A stretch of DNA of 27,638 nucleotides from a virus (lineage: Duplodnaviria > Caudoviricetes): IMG/VR virus record IMGVR_UViG_3300008117_000373, positions 1 through 27,638 of that record, one strand, 5' to 3'. Position 1 is the stretch's first letter, and every line of letters begins with the position of its first letter. The position numbers were made by a program, and so were the translations under genes. This document shows, one piece after another, positions 21,653-27,638 of this stretch. The notes under the pieces are model-generated. The model was not told where the DNA came from, made no database searches, and worked only from the letters and a program-made list of their open reading frames with translations.

Positions 21653-22453
21653 ATGTTATCAGCAGAACAAATTCAACAGAATTGGATTGATTTTGAAGAA
21701 ACAATCAAATCTTATATCTCAGAACCTCGTCGTTCTCAATTATTAGATTTTTATTCTAAATATTCAGAACGTATTATGTTAATGCCAGCTGCTCATAAAA
21801 AAGAGTATCACAATGCATTTCCAGGAGGGTATGTAGATCATGTATTGCGTGTAGTTGATTACGCTCTTAAATTAAATGATATTTGGGTTGAGATGGGAGT
21901 AGACGCTTCTACTTATACTAAAGAAGAATTAGTATTCTCAGCTTTAAATCATGATTTAGGTAAAATGGGTGATGAAGAAAATGAAGCATATATCCCTCAA
22001 ACTGATCAATGGCGTAAAGAAAAATTAGGAGAAGATTATAAATTCAATGATAAATTAGAGTTTATGTCAGTTCCAGACCGTGGTTTATATTTACTTAATA
22101 AACATGGTATTTCATATACTAAAAATGAAATGTTAGCTATTAAGTTACATGATGGGTTGTATGATGATGCTAATAAACCATATTTAATGTCTTGGATGCC
22201 AGAAACAAAACCACGTACTTCACTTATTTTTATTATTCATCAAGCTGATTTAATGGCTGCTAGAATTGAGTTTGAACAGGAATGGTTTCCAAAATTTAAA
22301 GGTAATTTGGAATCTCAGAAGAAGGATTTTACATTGAATGTAAATAATAAAACAACAACTACTACTAAAAAAACTCCTACTAAAACTAAAGCATTAAATA
22401 ATATAAAAAGTGAAGGTTTAAAAAATGTAATGAATGATTTTTTTAAAGATTAA
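21653..22453 (+). CDS. HD-domain phosphohydrolase (YhaM-like)
   Basis: YHNAFPGGYVDHVLRV...NHDLGK...LHDG...HQAD. Confidence 0.85.
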   Translation: MLSAEQIQQNWIDFEETIKSYISEPRRSQLLDFYSKYSERIMLMPAAHKKEYHNAFPGGYVDHVLRVVDYALKLNDIWVEMGVDASTYTKEELVFSALNHDLGKMGDEENEAYIPQTDQWRKEKLGEDYKFNDKLEFMSVPDRGLYLLNKHGISYTKNEMLAIKLHDGLYDDANKPYLMSWMPETKPRTSLIFIIHQADLMAARIEFEQEWFPKFKGNLESQKKDFTLNVNNKTTTTTKKTPTKTKALNNIKSEGLKNVMNDFFKD

Positions 22454-22470
22454 TATATAAAAATAATAAT

Positions 22471-22500
22471 AAAGGTTGTAATAAGAATTACAGCCTTTTT
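22471..22500 (+). terminator. Probable intrinsic terminator
   Basis: AAAGGTTGTAAT-aaga-ATTACAGCCTTT-TT. Confidence 0.7.
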
Positions 22501-22511
22501 CCATTTAAATT

Positions 22512-22784
22512 ATGATAGCAGCAATTATATCTGTACTTTCAGTTATTATAGTATTATTAGTTTATACTAACTATAATTTACTTAAAAAGAATGAAAAATG
22601 TGAGGATATTATTAAATCATATGAGAACTATATGGTTAATTTATCTAATACTATTGATTTTTCTAATAATAAACTTAAAGAAATTGACCGTAAAGGAACA
22701 TTTGATAGTGATGATGAAATAGGATTCTTTTTTCAACAATTAAAGTATCTTCAAGAGCAGTTAAATAATTTTAAAATTAAATAA
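22512..22784 (+). CDS. Membrane-anchored protein
   Basis: N-terminal TM; FDSDDEIGFFF. Confidence 0.75.
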   Translation: MIAAIISVLSVIIVLLVYTNYNLLKKNEKCEDIIKSYENYMVNLSNTIDFSNNKLKEIDRKGTFDSDDEIGFFFQQLKYLQEQLNNFKIK

Positions 22785-22790
22785 CATTTT

Positions 22791-23495
22791 ATGAGCAAAA
22801 ATTATTTTACCCAAGATACTGAGGACGCTATAGTCACATATAATTTAAGTATTGATTCTGCTGAAAAAAGTAAAATTTACAATGATAGAATTCATTATGC
22901 TTTCTTCAAATTAACTCAGAATATTATTCATACTTTTAAATTTTATTATACTGAGGTTGAAAATATAGAAGATTTACAACACGAGATTATAACTTTCTTA
23001 CTTAGTAAGATACATTTGTTTGATCCTTCTAAAGGGACTAAAGCATATTCTTATTTTGGTACAATTGTAAAACGGTGGTTAATTCTATATAATGAAAAAA
23101 ATTATAAAAAAAGAGTTAATTCTGTTCCAATTATGTCCTTAGAAGAAGATAATAATCATTCTTATACAATAGAAGAAAATAATTCTCCTAGTGATAGATT
23201 ATCTCATAATGATAAAATTTCTTTTTTCACAGATTTATATATAGAACATTGTACTACAAATATTTATACTCTTTTTCCTAAAGAAAATGATGCTAAAATA
23301 GCTGATGCTATTCTTGAATTATTTCGTAAACGAGATAGTTTAGAAGTTTTTAATAAAAAAGCATTATATATTTATATAAGAGAAATGATAGATGCTAAAA
23401 CACCTAAAATAACTAAAATAGCAGATAAATTATATATCATATATAAACAAGGTTACCTCTTTTATCTAGAAAACGGATATATAAAATTCCAATAG
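22791..23495 (+). CDS. Phage sigma factor (sigma70 region 2-like, T4 gp55-type)
   Basis: DLQHE...LLSKIHLFDPSKGTKAYSYFGTIVKRW resembles sigma region 2.2-2.4; sits upstream of structural genes. Confidence 0.65.
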   Translation: MSKNYFTQDTEDAIVTYNLSIDSAEKSKIYNDRIHYAFFKLTQNIIHTFKFYYTEVENIEDLQHEIITFLLSKIHLFDPSKGTKAYSYFGTIVKRWLILYNEKNYKKRVNSVPIMSLEEDNNHSYTIEENNSPSDRLSHNDKISFFTDLYIEHCTTNIYTLFPKENDAKIADAILELFRKRDSLEVFNKKALYIYIREMIDAKTPKITKIADKLYIIYKQGYLFYLENGYIKFQ

Positions 23496-23523
23496 ATTCC
23501 GTATTTATAACAAATATATACTC

Positions 23524-23889
23524 ATGAGTAATCTAGAATCAGATATATTTGGTGGTAAAAAATTAAAAGATTTATTCCAAGAAATATATACTAATCAAAA
23601 GAAAAAAGAAAAACAAATATCTTCTCTAATTGAAGAATTAAAACCTTTAATTGGAGATATAGGTGATGCTACTTTAATTGTTCCTTTAATCAAAGAATAT
23701 CTTGAAATAGGTGTTAAAAATGATGAACAACTTATTAAAATGGCTACTATTATTCAAAGATGTTTAGCTAATGAAAATAGTAGTGGTGGTGATGGGTTTA
23801 TAATTTCTGATGAAGAAAAAGCTCAACTATTAGGTGAAATAAATAAAATCCAAGATAATCTAAATCTAAATAAAAATGAGCAGGAGTGA
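23524..23889 (+). CDS. Hypothetical helical protein
   Basis: Core-region ORF, preceded by TATTTATA. Confidence 0.75.
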   Translation: MSNLESDIFGGKKLKDLFQEIYTNQKKKEKQISSLIEELKPLIGDIGDATLIVPLIKEYLEIGVKNDEQLIKMATIIQRCLANENSSGGDGFIISDEEKAQLLGEINKIQDNLNLNKNEQE

Positions 23890-25147
23890 TTTCGGATATT
23901 CATCTTTAAATTCAAATTTAAACTCCTCTAAAACATCTAAAGATAATAATCTATCATCCACTAACTCAGCTCGAGTTATAAGTATTGTTTTAGATGAAAC
24001 TCATCCTAAATTTAATATTTTAGGAGGATGGAAAGCTTTAGGAGCAATTGAGTATGATTTAGTTAATGAACCTAGTTATAGTAATAATTATCCTGTAGCT
24101 TATCCTTTAGATTCTAATATAAAAATTTTTCCATTAATTAATGAAATAGTTTTAATTCAATCTGCTTTTGATTCTGGAGCTAATTTATTTGAAGAAGGAT
24201 TAAAAATAATTAGTGGTGTAACTAAGAAATATTATACTTCTAAAATAGGTGTTTGGAATCATCCTCACCATAACGCAGCATCATTTAAGATATATAATCC
24301 TCCACCCCCTCAAAATAAAACCTATGACCAAACTCAAATAGGTAATGTTAGTGTAATCTCTAATGAATCAACTAAAATTTATTTAGGTAAAACTTTTAAA
24401 GAAAAAGCTAATATTCATCCTTTACTACCTTTTGAAGGAGATGTAATAAATGAGGGAAGATGGGGAAATTCAATCCGTTTAGGAAGTACAGTTAAAAATA
24501 CTTCTAATAATTGGTCTAAAACTGGCCAAGATGGAGATCCTCTTATAATTATTAGAAATGGTCAAGGAAATCAAACAGAAGAAGGATGGATCCCTATTAT
24601 AGAAAACATAAATAATAATGAATCCTCAGTATATTTAACTAGTACACAAAATATACCCTTAAAAGCCTCTAGCATAAATTATACTAGTTACACTAATCCT
24701 CCCACCACCCCAGATCAATTCTCAGGTCCTCAAATTATCCTAGACTCAGGCAGACTAGTTTTTAATTCATATATTGATCATATATTATTAAGTTCTGCTA
24801 AATCTATAAATTTAAATTCTCAAGAATCAGTTAATATAGATACTAAAAAATTTATCACTCAAGCGGATAAAATCTTTTTAGGAAAAGAAGATTTAGCTAC
24901 TGAGCCACTATTATTAGGAGACACAACTGCTCAACTATTAAGAGATTTAACTTCTTCTGTTAAAGAATTAACTAATACTTTACAAACATTAACCTCTGCT
25001 CCTGTAGCTCCTTTTACCCCAGCTACATTTCCTACTCTTTTAGTTCCTACTACAAAAATTCTTACAATATTAAATAGTTTAGAAAAACAATTAGGAACTT
25101 CTAAAGAAAATTGTACGATAACTTCAAAACGTAATTTTACTTTATAA
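23876..25147 (+). CDS. Probable baseplate hub/spike protein (gp5/VgrG-like)
   Basis: AYPL...PLINEIVLI OB-like segment, GDVINEGRWGNSIRLG, short beta repeats near C-terminus; upstream of gp25-like gene. Confidence 0.55.
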   Translation: MSRSDFGYSSLNSNLNSSKTSKDNNLSSTNSARVISIVLDETHPKFNILGGWKALGAIEYDLVNEPSYSNNYPVAYPLDSNIKIFPLINEIVLIQSAFDSGANLFEEGLKIISGVTKKYYTSKIGVWNHPHHNAASFKIYNPPPPQNKTYDQTQIGNVSVISNESTKIYLGKTFKEKANIHPLLPFEGDVINEGRWGNSIRLGSTVKNTSNNWSKTGQDGDPLIIIRNGQGNQTEEGWIPIIENINNNESSVYLTSTQNIPLKASSINYTSYTNPPTTPDQFSGPQIILDSGRLVFNSYIDHILLSSAKSINLNSQESVNIDTKKFITQADKIFLGKEDLATEPLLLGDTTAQLLRDLTSSVKELTNTLQTLTSAPVAPFTPATFPTLLVPTTKILTILNSLEKQLGTSKENCTITSKRNFTL

Positions 25148-25158
25148 ATATTACAAAG

Positions 25159-25989
25159 ATGCCAGATAAGTGTTTACCTTGTAGAAATAATAAAGATGGT
25201 ACTAGAAACTATCGTTATGGAGAAGATGGTACTGATCTTTTATTTAGTATTACTCTTAATATTAATCCTTTAGATATAGTAACTCCTTTTAATATAAAAA
25301 ATGCTTTTTTATATACAGACAGATGGAATAATTTTATTTTAGATTTTATAAGACCAAAAATAGATATTTTTGATCCAAAATGGAACGCTAATGATTCTGA
25401 TACTGAATTACAATCTCTTATTGATGAATGGAATAACAAAGTTCCATCAAGTAGTAATATAACAAAAGATGTTATAAAACAAGTACAAGAATATCACCAA
25501 ATTAAAGATTCAAATGTAGTTATTGATGGTAGATTAGGAACTCAAACTTTTAAACTTCTATACCCAACTCCTATAATTTGGGAAAATAAAGTAGATGTAT
25601 TTAGAGATGGAAAGTATGTAACTTTAAGAAATCAAACACCAGATTATGGATATCTCCCAGTATCATGGGGTGATAAAAAATTTGTTATAAAAAGTTCAGC
25701 TTTTAATCAATCAATCAAAAATGAAAATATTATCTCTCCATTACAATCCCCTAAAATTACTAGCACAATTGATGCTATAGAAATATATAAACCATCAATA
25801 CATAAAGATGTATTATTTTATAAAGAAAAAGATCCTAATAGAACATGGTCTCAATGGGGAAGACTAGGATTAGCATATACTCCTACTCCTACACCATCCC
25901 CAAGTGAAATTAATTTAGCAACTAAAAAAGATCAATTTAAAAAAGATGTTGCTCAAAAAACTACAGATTTATTAAATCAAATAAAATAA
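25159..25989 (+). CDS. Protein with peptidoglycan-binding-like motif
   Basis: IKQVQEYHQ...IDGRLGTQTFKLL resembles PG_binding_1 DGxxGxxT. Confidence 0.5.
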   Translation: MPDKCLPCRNNKDGTRNYRYGEDGTDLLFSITLNINPLDIVTPFNIKNAFLYTDRWNNFILDFIRPKIDIFDPKWNANDSDTELQSLIDEWNNKVPSSSNITKDVIKQVQEYHQIKDSNVVIDGRLGTQTFKLLYPTPIIWENKVDVFRDGKYVTLRNQTPDYGYLPVSWGDKKFVIKSSAFNQSIKNENIISPLQSPKITSTIDAIEIYKPSIHKDVLFYKEKDPNRTWSQWGRLGLAYTPTPTPSPSEINLATKKDQFKKDVAQKTTDLLNQIK

Positions 25990-26802
25990 ATGAGTGATAC
26001 TAAAATACCTAGTTTAATAATCAATAGTGTTGAAAAATTAATTCAACAATCTATCCCTTCTGTATCTGAAATAATTCAAAAAACAGGTATTAAAACAACT
26101 CTTCCTCCTGAGTTTCCATCATGTTTACCTCAAGATGAACTTCAAAGTATTTTAAATTTAAGAAATAATTTAGTTAATAAATTAAATTCAACTGCTAAAA
26201 TAATTGAATCATTAAGTAAAATTACTGATACTTTAACTCCAATTTTAAATACAACTAAAACTAGTTTAAATATAGCTAAAACAGCAGTTAATACAACTAA
26301 AATCGCTATAACTGCTGTCCCTCCCACTATTCCAATTCCTGGACAATTAATTGTAGGTTTAAATGTAGCTGATAATTTAGTTAATAATACTTTACCTCCT
26401 ATAATCACTCAAACTACAAATAAAATAACCTCTATCTCCACAGCTACTGATTATGCTAATAATACTATATCTAAACTTTTAAATTTAATAAAAAGTATAG
26501 ACCAATACCTAACAAACTGTGGTATTTCATCCTTATCATTAACAGCTACTAATAATTATATCAACAATATAAATCAACAATACACCGAACTCCAGAATAC
26601 TTCCGATAATATTTATCAAGGATTTACATTAGAGATAATAGAAGAACCATACTCTCCCACAGTAAATAGAAGAAAAGCCGTAGCTAAAAATAACCAAGAC
26701 ATAATTTTATTATCAACACCATTATCATTTACAACAGATGATCAAACTTTAATTAACCAAATAAAATTAATTATTGACTCAAGTGATTTAAAAGCTTACT
26801 AA
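25990..26802 (+). CDS. Hypothetical structural-module protein
   Basis: Long helical ORF in baseplate cluster. Confidence 0.7.
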   Translation: MSDTKIPSLIINSVEKLIQQSIPSVSEIIQKTGIKTTLPPEFPSCLPQDELQSILNLRNNLVNKLNSTAKIIESLSKITDTLTPILNTTKTSLNIAKTAVNTTKIAITAVPPTIPIPGQLIVGLNVADNLVNNTLPPIITQTTNKITSISTATDYANNTISKLLNLIKSIDQYLTNCGISSLSLTATNNYINNINQQYTELQNTSDNIYQGFTLEIIEEPYSPTVNRRKAVAKNNQDIILLSTPLSFTTDDQTLINQIKLIIDSSDLKAY

Positions 26803-26822
26803 TTTTAATATTTATAATAGAT

Positions 26823-27179
26823 ATGAAAACTGACGCGTTAAAAAAACTTATTAAAGAGGCTGTAAAAGAAGCCATCCAAGATGAATTAAAGAATATTTTA
26901 TTAGAAGCAGTTAAATCTAATAAACAACCTATTAAAGAATCTTATCAAGTAAGTGATGATAGAACATTATCATTTAATACTAATTCTTTACCTAAATCTC
27001 CAATAAATACTAAACAGTCATATATGGATATATTAAATAATATGGCTCAAGGTCCTGAAAATGGATTTACTGGAGATTTTAAAGTAAGTGGTCCTGTAAA
27101 TACTATGTCTGAGGGTAGTTCTTTACCACAAGGACAATTAGGTTTAGATCAAATTATGAATTTAATAAATAAAAAATAA
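26823..27179 (+). CDS. Hypothetical structural-module protein
   Basis: LKKLIKEAVKEAIQDEL N-terminus; preceded by TATTTATA. Confidence 0.75.
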   Translation: MKTDALKKLIKEAVKEAIQDELKNILLEAVKSNKQPIKESYQVSDDRTLSFNTNSLPKSPINTKQSYMDILNNMAQGPENGFTGDFKVSGPVNTMSEGSSLPQGQLGLDQIMNLINKK

Positions 27180-27589
27180 TGGCTTTCGGAGCAAAACAAA
27201 TTCCTCCTTTAGATACTAGACCAGGAACTGGGATAGGAATAGCTATTCCTTTTAATGCTCCTGCTGTATTTTTCACCACATATACTACCAAAGATGCTAT
27301 TAGAAATAATTTATTAAATTTTTTCTTAACTAATAAATCAGAAAGGTATTTAAATAATAATTTCGGAGCTAATTTACGAGCTTTTATTTTTGAACAAATA
27401 GTACAAGGAAATTTAGATTTTCTTAAAAATGATATTCAAAATTTATTAAATCTTTATTTTAATAATATAAAAATTGAAAATCTAGAAATTCTTTCCTCCC
27501 CAGATAATAATGAAATTAATGTTTCATTATCATATAGTATAATTAATACTAATTTAACAGATCAAGTTGAAATAACATTTATACAATAA
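27179..27589 (+). CDS. Baseplate wedge subunit, GPW/gp25 family
   Basis: AIRNNLLNFFLTNKSERYLNNNFGANLRAFIFE. Confidence 0.85.
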   Translation: MAFGAKQIPPLDTRPGTGIGIAIPFNAPAVFFTTYTTKDAIRNNLLNFFLTNKSERYLNNNFGANLRAFIFEQIVQGNLDFLKNDIQNLLNLYFNNIKIENLEILSSPDNNEINVSLSYSIINTNLTDQVEITFIQ

Positions 27590-27591
27590 TA

Positions 27592-27638
27592 ATGGCTATA
27601 GTTTCCAGAAATATAAAATATATAAATAAAGATTTTAG
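27592..27638 (+). CDS. 5' start of probable baseplate wedge (gp6-like) gene, partial
   Basis: MAIVSRNIKYINKDF following gp25-like gene. Confidence 0.5.
   Translation, partial: MAIVSRNIKYINKDF

Noticed and set aside
25143-25150. TATAAATA as a T4-type late promoter
   Set aside because: Formed around a stop codon in very AT-rich sequence and not repeated in front of the other structural genes; not distinguishable from chance.
2202-26408. All minus-strand ORFs in the track (2202, 3370, 3678, 9853, 10430, 11865, 12939, 13615, 16511, 18143, 18868, 20234, 25215, 26142)
   Set aside because: Shadows of well-supported + strand genes, with no leaders or promoters.

Overview
AT-rich, gene-dense segment of a large tailed-phage genome, coding essentially only on the + strand. 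The phage is probably a contractile-tailed jumbo/myovirus type and the host is very likely Bacteroidota (no Shine-Dalgarno motifs, A-rich leaders, promoters resembling the Bacteroidota -33/-7 layout, a T9SS-tail protein). 1-5.3 kb holds small membrane, secreted and lipoprotein genes, a spanin-like pair and tRNA-Arg. About 5.3-19.3 kb is an early/host-takeover-type region of about 55 short genes (DUF932, RadA/Sms-like ATPase, DUF4240-like, acidic and AT-hook proteins, two tRNAs and one non-canonical tRNA-like RNA). It is built as an array of promoter-leader-ORF cassettes sharing the motif T(A/T)GG-N19-TATATT(T/C), 34 copies counted by eye across the window, whose TAG often serves as the stop codon of the preceding gene. 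About 19.3-19.6 kb is a CpG- and palindrome-rich non-coding boundary. 19.6-27.6 kb holds core genes: an HD hydrolase, a gp55-like sigma factor and a baseplate module. The most striking unexplained signal is a set of GU-rich non-coding elements beside hairpins or terminators (17726-17778, 16990-17027, 6147-6193) that are antisense to the shared start-codon leaders of early genes (AAACAC(AC)ATG), one of them directly behind the tRNA-like element. This is a candidate multi-target antisense system for switching off the cassette array. All protein family calls are from motif recognition, not database searches.
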